Shown piece after piece: positions 34,823 through 47,098 of a DNA stretch of 64,000 nt (position 1 is its first letter; each line of letters opens with the position of its first letter). This DNA comes from Diplonema japonicum. Its lineage: Eukaryota > Protista > Euglenozoa: Diplonemea. Under the pieces are notes generated by a model. The model worked only from the letters and a program-made list of their open reading frames with translations, was not told the origin of the DNA and searched no databases. The DNA is taken from NCBI GenBank assembly GCA_964019335.1, contig OZ025663.1, positions 248,001-312,000 of the forward strand, written 5' to 3'. Both the position numbers and the translations under genes were made by a program.

Positions 34823-36520
34823 ATGCCCGACGACCACTCTCTCGGCACTATGTTCGTCTCGGTCATGATCGGGGTACGTGTCATGTATGCCCTCGTGTCC
34901 AGCGTTGCTGACTGTGATGAAGTGTTTAACTACTGGGAGCCAGCACACCAGCTGATGTACGGGAAGGGGCTGCAGACATGGGAGTACAGCCCTGACTACG
35001 GCCTGAGGTCGTACCTGTATTTGTATGTAAACATGTGGAGTGGTGTGATGGTGCAGAACGTGTTGACAAGGAGTAGCGTGTTCATGGTGATGCGCGGTGG
35101 CCTCGTCGTGTTGAGCGGGTACATCGACAGCGCGTTTGTGAATGCATGCTCCGAGGCGTTTGGTAGGAGGGTGGGCTGGCTGTTGGGTGGCCTGCTTGTT
35201 TTCTCCACAGGCTCCACAATGGCCTCATTCTGCTTCCTGCCCTCGTCCTTCACTCTGATGTGCCTCACGTCAGCTATTTCCAACCAGCTTTACTTCAAGT
35301 CTTCGTCACTGGCACCCGTTTTCTACGCCATCTTCTTTGCTGTTATTTCTGTTGTCCTTGGATGGCCTTTTGTTGGCTTCATTGCTGTCCCCATGGGTCT
35401 CCACGCTCTTACCGTCTACGGTTTGGTGCGCCCCCTTGTCGTGGGCATCCTCGTCACAGGGACGCTTGGTGTGCTGGTGTACCAGACGGACAGCACTTTT
35501 TATGGAAGACCTGTTTTCTCTACCTGGGAACTTGTGAAGTACAATGTACTGGGGTGTCTTCCGTATGCGGACACGAAGGATCTGAGTGTGGACCCTTCCA
35601 ACCTGCTGCAACGGTTGGGGTGCTTCAAGGACGAAACTGGGTCGAGGGGGGCGCACCTGTATGGGGTCGAAGGGCCGGAGTTCTTTTTCAAAAACCTGTT
35701 CCTGAACTTCAATGTTGCGTTTCTTGCCGCGCTCTTGTGCCCGGTTGCCCTGCTCCTGCGCAGGGTGGTCGTGGGCCCCAGCGAGAAGGTGTGGTTGAAG
35801 GTGACCTGCGTGTCGCCGTTTTTTCTGTGGTTCGTGTTCTGGTTGTTCATTCCACACAAAGAAGAGAGGTTTATGGTGCCCATCTACAGCACGTTGTGTC
35901 TGACGGCAGCTGTGACATTGGACGCGGTCATTGATGTGACCGACCAGCTCGTCGGGAAGAGGACAGGAAAGGGAACATGGCCAGCGACAGCAATGGGCAT
36001 TGCAGTGTGGCTTGTGGTTGCCGTGGTGTTCATTGTGCTGTCCATTTCAAGGTCGTCAGCACTGACGACGTACTACTCTGCGCCCCTGAGCATCATGTAC
36101 GAGGTGAGCGTGCTGCAGGGGGGCAGTGGCGAGGTGCTGTGCATGGGCCGCGATTGGTACCGCTTCATGTCGCACTTCTTCGTGCCGGAGTTCCTTGTTG
36201 TGGCCTTCGTCAACGATGGGTTCGCTGGACTGCTCCCGAAGTATTTCACCTCCACCACCACTGCACCTCCTGGTTTCAATGACCTCAATCAGATGGACCC
36301 CAACCAGTTTGTGTCGCCCGACACTTGCACCTACCTCGTCGCCACGAGCTTTCCCTCCGACACTGCGCCTTCCTACAACCCCGACGAGTGGACAATGATG
36401 TCGGAGACACCCCTGCTCGACGTGCAAAGCACATCAACGCTACACCGTGCCTTCATGCTTCCCTCGTATGTCCCCGGCGACGCTGTTTACGGAAAGATGA
36501 TGCTGCTGAAGAGAAACTAG
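34823..36520 (+). CDS. ALG9: Alpha-1,2-mannosyltransferase ALG9
   Basis: Motifs DCDEVFNYWEP, QTWEYSP.Y.LRSY, PHKEERF.PIY and CMGRDWYRF.SHFF; multiple TM segments. Confidence 0.9.
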   Translation: MPDDHSLGTMFVSVMIGVRVMYALVSSVADCDEVFNYWEPAHQLMYGKGLQTWEYSPDYGLRSYLYLYVNMWSGVMVQNVLTRSSVFMVMRGGLVVLSGYIDSAFVNACSEAFGRRVGWLLGGLLVFSTGSTMASFCFLPSSFTLMCLTSAISNQLYFKSSSLAPVFYAIFFAVISVVLGWPFVGFIAVPMGLHALTVYGLVRPLVVGILVTGTLGVLVYQTDSTFYGRPVFSTWELVKYNVLGCLPYADTKDLSVDPSNLLQRLGCFKDETGSRGAHLYGVEGPEFFFKNLFLNFNVAFLAALLCPVALLLRRVVVGPSEKVWLKVTCVSPFFLWFVFWLFIPHKEERFMVPIYSTLCLTAAVTLDAVIDVTDQLVGKRTGKGTWPATAMGIAVWLVVAVVFIVLSISRSSALTTYYSAPLSIMYEVSVLQGGSGEVLCMGRDWYRFMSHFFVPEFLVVAFVNDGFAGLLPKYFTSTTTAPPGFNDLNQMDPNQFVSPDTCTYLVATSFPSDTAPSYNPDEWTMMSETPLLDVQSTSTLHRAFMLPSYVPGDAVYGKMMLLKRN

Positions 36521-36622
36521 TGTTTGTTTTTCGAGACAGTGTTCTTTTTTTTTTTTTTTTTTTTTTTTTCATTCGTTCCAAAAGAATTCCTGTGATCCCC
36601 TCCCCCAAACTCACCGCAGGAA

Positions 36623-37701
36623 ATGGAGTATAAAGATGTAGGGCGGGGGATGGGCGAGTGGATGAAGTTTCAAGTGGCATTCAGCGTGTTCAGAAAGAGC
36701 ATCGACGGGGTGGCAAGCTGTGAGGAGGTGACAAGGCGTTCGTTCATCGACTCTGCATACAGGAAGGTGGGAGAGCGGGAGGAGAAGGAACGACGAAAGC
36801 TGGCAGAGGCCATGGGCAACAAGCAGTTCAACGACAACGTGTCCCTCGTCATAAACAAATCGTGGGCTCGGATCAGCAAGATGCTCGCCGAGGAGTGCCT
36901 CCTAGACGACGGCGTCACTGAACTGAACTTCCTTCTCTTGAAACAAGCCTGCAACAACACCACATCACACGCTCTCCAAAACCTTGCTCTGTGGAGCAAC
37001 CTCAACCGGAGTATGACTACCTTCCAGTCCATTGTCATTCCTTATATCGCAAGGATCCCTCTCTGTCCTCCTTTACCCGAAACGGCACTAGACAGCTACC
37101 CTGCCATGTCTCCACAAGAGGTTTTTTCAACGTCTTTGAATAGGCAAGGGCTCATGGCGGCTGCAAGCTTTCTCTGGCAGTTTCAGAAGCTGAGCCTTGG
37201 GGTCGTGCGTGGGAAGGTGTCCTTTGGGGGCATGCTCCGATCGATGATACAGTACGTCAGAAAGACTTCGCTTGGCATGGTGACTAGGGCTGTTGCAGCT
37301 GTGGTGGTGCAGAAAGCAGGATTTAATTGTATGTTGGAAAATAAAATAGTAAACCTTCACTCGCAGACCGCTGGGAGACCGTTCTTAACCTATTGCTCAC
37401 GGCAGCTCTGAATTACGGATTTCCATTTACGAAGATCTTCCGGTTCTCGATCACCGATGACTTCTCTGCGTGGTGCTCTGCTTCTCTCCTCCAGACGGAA
37501 AACGAAGCCGCCTTCTGGCCTTGGCTCTCCACTGCTTCTTCCGCACCGATTGTCCCATTTGTTGAGGAGATCATGCAAAACACTCCCGTCCCTGAGCTTC
37601 GCGCACCAAACCCGATGGGCTTCCCCGGCTTCAATCAAATGCCGCCCATGCCTATGCCCCCGCAAATGGAGGCGAGACCTCATGTGCCCGACCTTGATTA
37701 A
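36623..37701 (+). CDS. Hypothetical protein; join(36623..37328,37367..37701)
   Basis: A 38-nt GTATG...CAG intron joins ORFs 36623-37411 and 37393-37701. Confidence 0.65.
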
Positions 37702-38090
37702 ACTTTTTAAAAAAATGAAGGAAATAATCTAAGAAAGAAAGGGGGGGGGGGGGGGGGGGAGATTTTTTGTTGAAAATCCAATGGGTTATGGGGGAGGGGA
37801 ATGTTTGTGGGAGGGAGCGACCAAAGTGTGTTACAATAAATATTTAAAAAAAAAAAAAAAAAGCCATGACATTGAAGGAAGGGAACGACGTTCTGCCGCT
37901 GCTTTACACCCCCTCCCTCCCTCCCCCCCCCCCCCCCCCCCCCCTCTTTTTTGGGGGGATTCTTGGTGGGACACCGACTCCCCCTTTTTTTTTCTTTGGG
38001 TTTTATATTTATTTTTCTTTGTTTCCCCCCCCTTTTTTTTCTCACCTCACCAGTACAAAAGGAAACCCCACTCACCACCCACTGTACACG

Positions 38091-38831
38091 ATGAAGGTCC
38101 TTGTCGTGGGCGCAACGGGTGCAACGGGGAGGCTTGTCGTAAAACAGCTACTGGAAAGAGGCGATGAGGTCCGTGCAGTTGCTAGATCCATGACACACTT
38201 AGAAGAGGACAAACAAAAGTATCAAGACAGGCTTGAGGTGAAACTGGGGAGCCTTCTCGACTTCAATGACAAGGAATTCGAGGACCTTGTCGAAGATTGT
38301 GCTGCGGTGGTGTCGTGCCTGGGGCACACTGTTAGTTTGCGTGGAATAGCGTGCCCGCCTTACAGGCTGTGCAGAGACGCCGTCAAAAGGCTGTGTAAGA
38401 GTATTGACGCAAAAAAACCTGACGAAAAGGTAAAATTTATCTTGATGAACTCAACCGGCTGCCGTAACCCGGAGAATGACCCATCCAGGTCATGGACCGA
38501 AACGGCCGTTATTGGCTTGTTGCGATACTTGCTCCCACCACATACTGATAACGAACAGGCTCAGGCCGTACTCCGAGGCATCTCCTCACCTTACCTTTCA
38601 TGGGCCGCTGTGCGCCCTGATGACTTGATTGATGAAGACCTGGTGAGTCCTTACACGGAGCACCCAGCTCCGACAAGGAGCTGTATCTTCGATGCTGGGA
38701 AAACTTCCCGTGTTAACGTTGCGCACTTTATGTGCGAGCTTATTCACAACCCTGACGTGTGGGGCAGATGGGTTGGCCAGACCCCTGTCATTTATAACAG
38801 ACAGGGTGCCGAAGATAAGAAGGAGAAGTGA
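38091..38831 (+). CDS. NAD(P)-binding Rossmann protein (flavin/biliverdin-IX-beta reductase-like atypical SDR)
   Basis: MKVLVVGATGATGRLVV; AVVSCLG; W.AVRP..L; SRVNVAHFM. Confidence 0.85.
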   Translation: MKVLVVGATGATGRLVVKQLLERGDEVRAVARSMTHLEEDKQKYQDRLEVKLGSLLDFNDKEFEDLVEDCAAVVSCLGHTVSLRGIACPPYRLCRDAVKRLCKSIDAKKPDEKVKFILMNSTGCRNPENDPSRSWTETAVIGLLRYLLPPHTDNEQAQAVLRGISSPYLSWAAVRPDDLIDEDLVSPYTEHPAPTRSCIFDAGKTSRVNVAHFMCELIHNPDVWGRWVGQTPVIYNRQGAEDKKEK

Positions 38832-38861
38832 GAATTATTCCCTCTTTCCTTCCTCCCCTCT

Positions 38862-38892
<31 letters not shown>

Positions 38893-39358
38893 GTTTCTTT
38901 CTTGAAGATATCCAATTGAACTACAGTGAAAAAAAAATATATATATATTTTTATGTAACCCCCGGAGAAAGAACGGAGGTGGGGGGGGGGGGAGAAAAAG
39001 ATTTTTAAGAAGAAGGAAGAATAAAAGTGAAATTTAAAAAAAAAGGGGGGGGGAGAACAATCCTTTCTTTTTTTTCTTTTTTTTTCTTTACCCTTCTTTG
39101 TTTCTTCTTTTTTTTTTTTCTCCCTCTCTCCACTGCTATCCCCCTCCCTTTGTTGAGGTGGGGGGGTACTGCAATAATGATCTTTTCCCAAAAAAGAAAA
39201 AAAAAAAAAAAACCATTTTATCCTTGCTCAATATACACCTTTTTTTTTTGTTTACGGCAGCAAAGCTGCCAATCTTCAAAAAACCTTACTTTTTCATTCC
39301 CCCTCCCCCCCCTCTTTTGTATTGTCTTACATTCACAGATAGGTACTTACAACAAACA

Positions 39359-40021
39359 ATGTCCACGAAGCTCACAGGCAAGATAAAAGTGTTTGACGCC
39401 AAATCTGGTGCAGCCCTGGGGAGGTGGGGAGGGACGGAGTGTCTGCTTTCCATTGAAAGTGACTTCGGCCCCGTTCTCATCGTTAAGACAGCCAGCCAAC
39501 CGATGCACAAGGGAACTTTTTACGACTTGCCCAAAATCTCTAGCGTGGTAGGCATGAAAGCAAGCGGCGGGAAGTACACCATCCCCACTGGCGTCAGTGA
39601 TGGTGTGCTTTCCTTCATCGTCACCCGGTTGCAAAGGACAGCAAACGTGCAGATAAAAGTCCCTACAGAACAGGTCGACACTCTAACCAAAATCGCTGAA
39701 TTTCTCGGGATGGGTCTCAGTGGAGCGGAAAAGTGGGAAAGGCTACCCTTAGACATCAATGTGGGCAGGAGTAAACGTAAACGGGCTGAAGGGGAGTCGG
39801 CAGCTCAGATTCGCCTCGAACAGCTTAAAGGCGCTTTAGACACACCGGACATGGAACCTTGTGACGGTCAGGAAGCAGAGGAAGAACACAATTATCCCAA
39901 AAAGCGATGCCTCGTGACCGAAAGAAATTTGGAGCTTGCCGAGAAATCCCACGCCATGCAGGGACCGTCTAGCAAGGAAAGGCTCAACGACTGGGTCCTC
40001 AACAATATTGTTGTGTTTTGA
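39359..40021 (+). CDS. Hypothetical protein
   Basis: 220-aa ORF with coding-like composition between homopolymer spacers. Confidence 0.6.
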   Translation: MSTKLTGKIKVFDAKSGAALGRWGGTECLLSIESDFGPVLIVKTASQPMHKGTFYDLPKISSVVGMKASGGKYTIPTGVSDGVLSFIVTRLQRTANVQIKVPTEQVDTLTKIAEFLGMGLSGAEKWERLPLDINVGRSKRKRAEGESAAQIRLEQLKGALDTPDMEPCDGQEAEEEHNYPKKRCLVTERNLELAEKSHAMQGPSSKERLNDWVLNNIVVF

Positions 40022-40163
40022 GGAAACAAAAAAAAAAAAAAAAAAAAAAAAATGTACATCCTCCCCTTTTGTCAATATTGTACTAATTTTTTAAAGAAAA
40101 AACTTTTTTTCTCTTTCCAAATGCTTAGTAAACTAAAAGGAGGGGGGAGGGGGGGAAAAGAAA

Positions 40164-40433
40164 ATGTCAGACCCCGTGTGGGGGTATATAGGGTTTGCCA
40201 TGGGCTTCCTAGCAAGGTGTTCCCCACGCGATGCCGCCTGTCCCTCCATGCTCGCTGAGTCTTCTTTCTTTGCTTTCATCGTCATGTGGGTAGCTTCGTG
40301 GACTTCGTCAGCATTGTCTGGAGCCGAGCCAACACTGTTCACCTCCTTGGCGGTCACCTTGCCCTGTCTTGCAGTGGTGATAGCAGCGTTACACTGTAGA
40401 GTGAACCGAATTTTTCTGTTCAATTTATTTTAA
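40164..40433 (+). CDS. Small hypothetical membrane protein
   Basis: 89-aa hydrophobic ORF; GC-balanced island preceded by A-run + ATG. Confidence 0.4.
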   Translation: MSDPVWGYIGFAMGFLARCSPRDAACPSMLAESSFFAFIVMWVASWTSSALSGAEPTLFTSLAVTLPCLAVVIAALHCRVNRIFLFNLF

Positions 40434-40532
40434 AAAAAAATTTTTTTTTTGAATTTAAAAAAAAAAAAAACTCATTTTCAAGAAGAAAAAAAAAAAAAAA
40501 AGAAAAATGAACCGGGAAGGCATCCTGTCTTC

Positions 40533-40844
40533 ATGAACACGAATGATACTTCGCCGATCGAGTCGCCAGCTGCCACAGATGGGAGCGGCACTGTGTCGGT
40601 ATGGTTAATTGGGGCAGTTGTTGTTGGGATCTCGTTGTTAGGGATCGCGCTGGTGTACGCGAAGTGGTTGATTTTCCGTAAAGAAATGGGTAGAAAGTAC
40701 CCAGACGCTGCTACACCGAATACAGACAGCCACATGGACGCCTCGACTACAATTGAGGTGCAGAGTCCTGGCAGCGAACTGCTAGCTCCTTTGATACTTC
40801 CGGGTCGTGACTGCCCGCTTTCTATGACCGCCGATATCTTGTGA
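40533..40844 (+). CDS. Small single-pass membrane protein
   Basis: N-terminal NDT sequon, TM ending YAKW, then basic residues. Confidence 0.55.
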   Translation: MNTNDTSPIESPAATDGSGTVSVWLIGAVVVGISLLGIALVYAKWLIFRKEMGRKYPDAATPNTDSHMDASTTIEVQSPGSELLAPLILPGRDCPLSMTADIL

Positions 40845-40993
40845 CTAATTATACATGCATCCTCCCCCCCCTCCCCCTGTTCTGCTTTCCTTTCAAGCGT
40901 GTTTTGGTTCGACCAGACTGGGTACCCCCCTTCCCCCCTTTGTTATGATGGGTTTTTGGTGGGTTGTTTGCTAGCACTTCTCCCCCATCATAG

Positions 40994-41032
<39 letters not shown>

Positions 41033-41084
41033 AGCTCGGCGCAAAAACAGAAAAAAATCAAGCCCGCACTTGCAAAATTATAAA

Positions 41085-41117
<33 letters not shown>

Positions 41118-41474
41118 CTGGGCTTTTGGAAGGGAGAAGAAAAAAGAAAAAAAAAGAGAAGAAAAAAAAAAATCATTATTGCAAGGAGCTATCTGAGGCC
41201 ATTTCCCCGCCAGTGTTTCAGCAACTTTTGAACATTTTTTTTTACACACTGGGGGGGGGGGGGGTGCTTGACATACTATTATTTCTTTCGTTTTTAGTAT
41301 GCAGCATTTTTACTCCGGTGGACAAACATTCAAAAAGAAAAAAAAAAAAAAAAAAGGAAAATACAAGACTTAGTTTCCACGCCGGTGTGTGTGGAAATTA
41401 GTAAGATGCTGTGTCCGGTAATATCTCTTGTTGTATTCTTTTGTCTGGAATTTCTTTCTTTCTTTCCTTTTTCA

Positions 41475-41787
41475 GGTGGTGGGGATAACATGAAAATATA
41501 AGAAAACCATCAGATGTGTTGTTCGCTGTTGACCTCCTCGTCGGTCATCACCGGTAGCACCGTAACGCAGATGCTCAGGGTGACGAACAGGCAGCAAACT
41601 GCACGAGCGCAGAATCTTGGTTACCCGGGTCGCCCCGGCTGGGGTTGAGCTGTACACCGCACGCATTAAGGACACGACGCGGAACGCAGAAGAAGCTACA
41701 ACTCGGCCGCGGTGCGCCCCCTGTAATCAAGTAGACAGTTCTTGTGCAGGGCGCCGCCAACACCGGCCTCCTTTAACTCATATATAT
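41475..41787. repeat. Repeat R1, copy 4
   Basis: Direct sequence similarity to the other R1 copies. Confidence 0.9.
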
Positions 41788-43351
41788 GGCATCGTTTCAA
41801 AAAAAAAAACCCCCCAAAATGAGGCCAATTGACACTTTCAATATTTCTCTAAGTACTTTTTCCCAAAGAAAAAAAATTCTACAACTTCCCCGGCCCAGGT
41901 TAGGAAAGAAAACACCCCGGGAAAGTGAGTGTTACTAGTACCCAGAAAATTCAGTCCTAGGGGCAAAAATGGGTTTTTTCACTTTGCACAAATTCAGTAA
42001 AAGAGGGGGTGACAAAAATGGATGCTTTTAAACTTGCTGTTGAGAAGCTAGGGGTAAAAAAAAATGGTATTCGGACCGAGAAAGGGTAAATGGGAACACC
42101 ACGGCGATCAGGACACTCGCCACAGAGGTTCTTGAGAAGCTCAGTGGCAACGACTGTGCTGCACTAGTTTGTGACGTAGTGTGTAAAGGGGAACTTTTAG
42201 CGGCACTTTTGCTATCATTTTCTGGTTGGTTTAGTAGCCAACAAGACACCACACGGCGCCAATTGGTCAGAGGCATGAGGCTTGACCACATCACACATGA
42301 CGAAATAAGGGCAGCTGGCCTTACTGTTGGAAAAAACGTGTTCCACAGTAGTAAAGAAAAAAAATGGAGTGGATACTCTGGACTGACGGTGGGCGTCACT
42401 ATCGTGCAAAGGAATTTTGCTACTTTGTTCTTTTTGGTCTTCGTTATGTTTATCCTGATCGGACGTTTTCCCTGTGGTTTCTGGGGGAGAAACACGGCAA
42501 AAACAGCAGGGACAGCCACTTTGGTGTGCTCTCTCGTGTTTGGCTTTGGGTGCCTCGTTCCACAACAATTAAAACTGTGGAACAAATAGCTAACATCACC
42601 AATACGATACGGTGCGCCGTGCATGTAGTTACTGATGTCTTTGGCCCGTACAAAAAGAAGATTCTTGAGTTTCCGGATTTTACAGGTGCATATGAGCTCA
42701 GGAGCACACCGGGGGGTGTATTTGCTACGTGTGCATCCACGAGCTAGAAGGAACTAAAGTACATCATCAAGGAACTCGATGCAGACAGGGCAGAGAAAAG
42801 GCCCCCAGTCTATGAATCTTGTGATGAGTATGAGGACGTTCCTGATAGCCTTCCCGGACTTGAAAAACGAGAAAGAATAGTAACCAAATTACAAAAATAC
42901 TCAACACCCCATGACAAGCCCAAAGCACCAAGTACACCTACGAATGAGCCTCTTAAAACCCCCCAAAATGCGGTAGAAGGCCTAATAGTATGAAAAAGAA
43001 ACGAGGTCGCCCACTCAGCAGCAGCACATCTCAGCCGCAGAAGACTAGGAAATGAAGGTTTCCACTTCCAACATCATTTCAGCCACCTTCTAGTAGTGAG
43101 TTCCGCTATTTCTTGCTATTGAAAGCATGCTCTCTGACTTTACCAAAACCACTAAAACCCGATTTTTACCCTAAAACTGAATTTTTCATAGGTCAAAATA
43201 GCACTCTTGAGCAATTTCTGACCCGGGTTCTTTCCTAATATGGGCCGGGAAATATGAAGAATTTTTTTAAAGGGGGCGGCATGCCCAAAGATGCAACGAA
43301 AGTGTCAATTGGCCTCATTTTTTTTTGGGGGGGGGGTTTTGAAATCGACCC
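41788..43351 (+). mobile_element. DNA transposon remnant with ~200-bp imperfect TIRs and frameshifted DDE/DDD-type transposase
   Basis: Left arm ATGAGGCCAATTGACACTTTC..TTCCCCGGCCCA..TTAGGAAAGAA..AAAATTCAGT is inverted at about 43155-43351. Both flanks are (AT)n. Internal WTDGGRHY and FLGEKHGKNSRDSHFG motifs (42364-42747). Confidence 0.8.
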
Positions 43352-43606
43352 ATATATATATTTTTTAACCCATTAATTTCTATAACCGATGATTAATAAT
43401 TATTCTGCGAAAAAAAAAGAAAGAAAAAAAAACAAAAAAAAAAGGGAAAAAAGCTGATTTTTGACACCAGGCAGCAATCAGCTCAGCGAATCTATTTCTT
43501 TTTTTTCTCTCTCTTCTCTATTCCCCTCTTCTTCTTCTTTATATAAAAAATCCCCACCCCCAAACAGAGAAAAAAGAGAAGGGGGGAAAAAAAAAAAAAA
43601 AGAAAT

Positions 43607-44326
43607 ATGAATGAAACATCCACGATAACCCTCCTTATTGATGAAAGTGAGTCTACCACACCAAACTGGGTGGTGATACTTTTGGTGGTGTTTTTAGGAG
43701 TGGGGGTGATATTGCTTGCGATATATGTGAAATGGTGGTGGTTCAGCAGGTCAGTGGGAGGGAAAGAACAGAGCGGTGGAAGGCAAGCCCCACGGGAAAT
43801 GGAAAACCCAATGATGCAGCTCAACGACACGGGCAATGTGGAAATGTCGGGGTGGGGGGTCCAGCAAGACGGCGACGGGCTAGTAGGCTCTCAAATTATC
43901 CCGAACTCCTCCATCGATCCCAGAGAAGAGATAGGACCCCAACAATCCGAAGACTATTTACAATGGCTGGCTTTTGAAAAAGGCCTGGAACATGTACGGG
44001 AGGGGAAGGTGGTAGAAGCGTCGCAGGAGTTCAACGAGGCAAGATCCCGTCCTCCTAAGGACCCTTCTGGTGAGTCTACTGCCGTTCTTAAAATAGTTGA
44101 AATGACTGACTTTACCACTTCGCAAGCTGCTCATCTCTTGAAGCAAGCCCAGCAGTCCGCTTTGCGAGCAGCCTCCGGCTGGCCTCGGGACTGGGGTCTC
44201 TCCAGCTTCAACACCCCTTACTCGAACGAAAAAAAACCAAAGAACAACTTGTACGCACCTATTGAAAGGAAATCTGACCAACCCCCTCCGCCTCTGTCGA
44301 AACAAGGCGGCGGGGTAATAATATAA
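43607..44326 (+). CDS. Single-pass membrane protein, hypothetical
   Basis: NET sequon, TM ending YVKW; 239-aa ORF. Confidence 0.65.
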   Translation: MNETSTITLLIDESESTTPNWVVILLVVFLGVGVILLAIYVKWWWFSRSVGGKEQSGGRQAPREMENPMMQLNDTGNVEMSGWGVQQDGDGLVGSQIIPNSSIDPREEIGPQQSEDYLQWLAFEKGLEHVREGKVVEASQEFNEARSRPPKDPSGESTAVLKIVEMTDFTTSQAAHLLKQAQQSALRAASGWPRDWGLSSFNTPYSNEKKPKNNLYAPIERKSDQPPPPLSKQGGGVII

Positions 44327-44625
44327 AGAAAGTGAGGGGTTTCGGCACGTAAGTTGTGAGTCGTGGACACGTTGCGGTAAGTTGAACGATTCTTTGCGTT
44401 TGCAAACTATAATTAAAAAAAAAAAAAAAAAAAAAAAAACGCGGTTGGCTCACTTTTAACGGGGTTTGATACGGGGGGGGGGGGGGGGGGGGGGTACACT
44501 GCAATGAGCGACAAAAAAAAAAAAAGATGAAAGAAAGAAATTCGTGAACGCTAATACATATAAAAGTGAGCGGTGGCGGGGCGAGCGAAAACGAGAGAAT
44601 TTAGTTTTTTTTTTTTTCAGTTCTG

Positions 44626-44656
<31 letters not shown>

Positions 44657-44861
44657 TCTTGTATGATTTGGAGTATTCCACTTTTTTCTTTTTTTTTTTC
44701 CTTTCCCCCCTTCTAACAGCCTTTTTATTTTTCTCAGTTATTATTCCCCCCCTTCTTTCCAAAAAAAACACACACAAACAAAGTTGTTGCTCGGGGAGGG
44801 GGAAGGGGAGAGACAACAACAACACACACACAAACACAAAAAAAAATTTTTTTTAAAAAAA

Positions 44862-46174
44862 ATGATCAATTCACTATTCATAATGAGCTCAGGAGGGTGT
44901 GTGATCATCGAGAAGCACTGGAAAGGAAAGGTCCCAAGGCACATCGCCGACGACTTTTACTCCGAGTTCGTCATGCCGTGCGAATCTGCTAAAGACGTCC
45001 TACCAGTGGTGACCTCGGGAAAACACATTTTCGTGCACATCCTGCACTGCGACTTAATCTTCTTGGCAGTGCTCAGCCAAGAAGCACCCGTTATGATGAT
45101 CATAGAAATTCTTCAGAGGATTGTGGACACGCTGGACAAGTACCTTGATGATGTGACTGAAGACTCTCTACGTGATCACTTTGTGACGACTTACGAGCTT
45201 CTTGAAGAAGTTCTTGATGATGGGTTTCCAATGTCATTTGAATTGAATCTGTTGAAGGATCTTGTCCCACCGCCTTCACTTTCTAAACTGCTTGACCGGA
45301 TCAGACCCGACACATCGAGTCCTTCTGTAAACCTTGACAACTCGCCTGTACCGTGGCGGAAGTACGGGCTTAAGTACGCGAACAATGAGATCTTTTTTGA
45401 CATAGTAGAGGAGCTGCACACCGTTTTGGACAACGAGGGGAAGGTCCTGTCGTCGGAGGTGGAGGGGAAGATTGAATGCAACAGCAAACTGACAGGGATG
45501 CCCGACGTCCATGTTCAATTCTTGAACTCGGAGATTTTTGACGATGTGTACTTCCACCCGTGCGTTAACGTCACGAAATTCGAATCCAGCAGATGCCTAC
45601 AATTCATCCCTCCTGACGGCGGCTTTACTTTAATGGGATATTCTGCTGTTGAGCAAACCCAGCCTTACCAAGCACCTTTTTACGTCCAACCTCAAATTGG
45701 GTTTGGGGACGGTGGTGGGAGGGTTTCCATAATGGCTGGTTTGCGAGGCGGTGGGCTTGGGAAGGGTGATGATCCTGTTACCGATGTTAAAATCACGGTG
45801 CCCATGCCGCCCACGGTCGATTCTTGTACGCTTGATGTTTCGCAGGGGAATGCGATGTTTGACTACTCGACGAGGGAGATTGTCTGGGAGGTCGGCAAGC
45901 TCAGCAAGAACAAATCGTCGCCTTCTCTCACCGCCAACGTCCATGTGCGCTCGGATGCACCAAAGCCGAGTGTGATCCCGCCCGTGCTCGTTTCCTTTAG
46001 ACAATCGACTACGTCATTCACGGGGTTGAAGGTATTGGTTGGGGATTTAAAAAAAAAAAAAAAAAAAAAAAAACCCAGATCGACAATGTCACTCTTCTCA
46101 ACGAGAAATACCGTCCCTACAAGGGCGTGCGCAGTATGTCGAAATCGGGGCATTTTATCATTCGTTCGAAATGA
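44862..46174 (+). CDS. AP3M: Adaptor complex AP-3 mu subunit; join(44862..46031,46079..46174)
   Basis: MINSLFI..IIEKHW, YELLEEVLDDGFP, VPWR...KY.NNEIFFD, LTGMPD, FHPCV and FIPPDG. Splicing restores the C-terminal KYRPYKGVR. Confidence 0.9.
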
Positions 46175-46176
46175 GG

Positions 46177-46212
<36 letters not shown>

Positions 46213-46798
46213 TGTGATTTTCTTTTTCTTTTTCAGTGTTGAAAATAAAAAGAAAGAAAGAAAAAAATGAAGAAGAAAAAAAAAAGAGCGTCTTTCCCCT
46301 TTTTTTTGTTTATTTCGTCCTCTCCTAGCTTTTTTTTTTTTTTTTCCCTCTCCCCCCTTTTACTTCATCTCCTGGAAATGAACTGTTTGCTGAACGTGAT
46401 TTTTGAAATGTTTTTTCAAATGGGGGGGGGGAATCGAAAGATGAAAAAAAAGAAAGAACAGGGGGATGATGCTTCTTTAAAAAAAAAAAAAAAAAAATCC
46501 ATTGTATTTCCTGCTTTTTTTTTTTTCATATTCCTTTATGAGAAGAAAGAGGGGGCTGTGAACACACAATAAAGGAGGAAAAAAAAGAGAAAAAAAGGAG
46601 AGAGAAAAAAATGAAAGAAGACCTGAAAACTCATTCCCCCCCCCCCCCCCCCCCCCCGTTCTCCCCCTCTCGATCTTTTCTAGACCCGTCGTGAAGTGTT
46701 TCTTTTTTGTTTATTTGTTTCCTTTTTTCTTCCAATACTCCTTGTTTCTGTTCTATGCTTTGATCATCTATTTCAAAAACAAGAAAAAGAAACAGAAA

Positions 46799-47031
46799 TA
46801 GCTATTTATTGCCAACAAATTATGAGTTTTCGATTTTTCTTTTTTTGGGATTCCCCTAAGGTAATACAAGGCATCTATTTCGCCGTGGCATTTAAAGGGG
46901 AAGTAAAGCACTTATTCCCTTGCGGGTATGCGGGTTTTAAGGGCAGATGGCCAAAAATAGTTAAAATACCCCCAAAAAGAAATTTCAAGGGAGTTGGATA
47001 CATCGGCGTCGTTAAATTATCAAGTGAGTGG
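46799..47031 (-). mobile_element. Short element beginning with the HINE-like terminal motif (family C; far end uncertain)
   Basis: TAGCTATTTATTGCCAACAAATTATG matches the family A and B termini. Confidence 0.4.
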
Positions 47032-47098
47032 AAAAAAAAAAATAATAAATAAACAGTCAAATCAAAAAAAGAAAAAAGAAGAAAAAAAAAAACAACGA

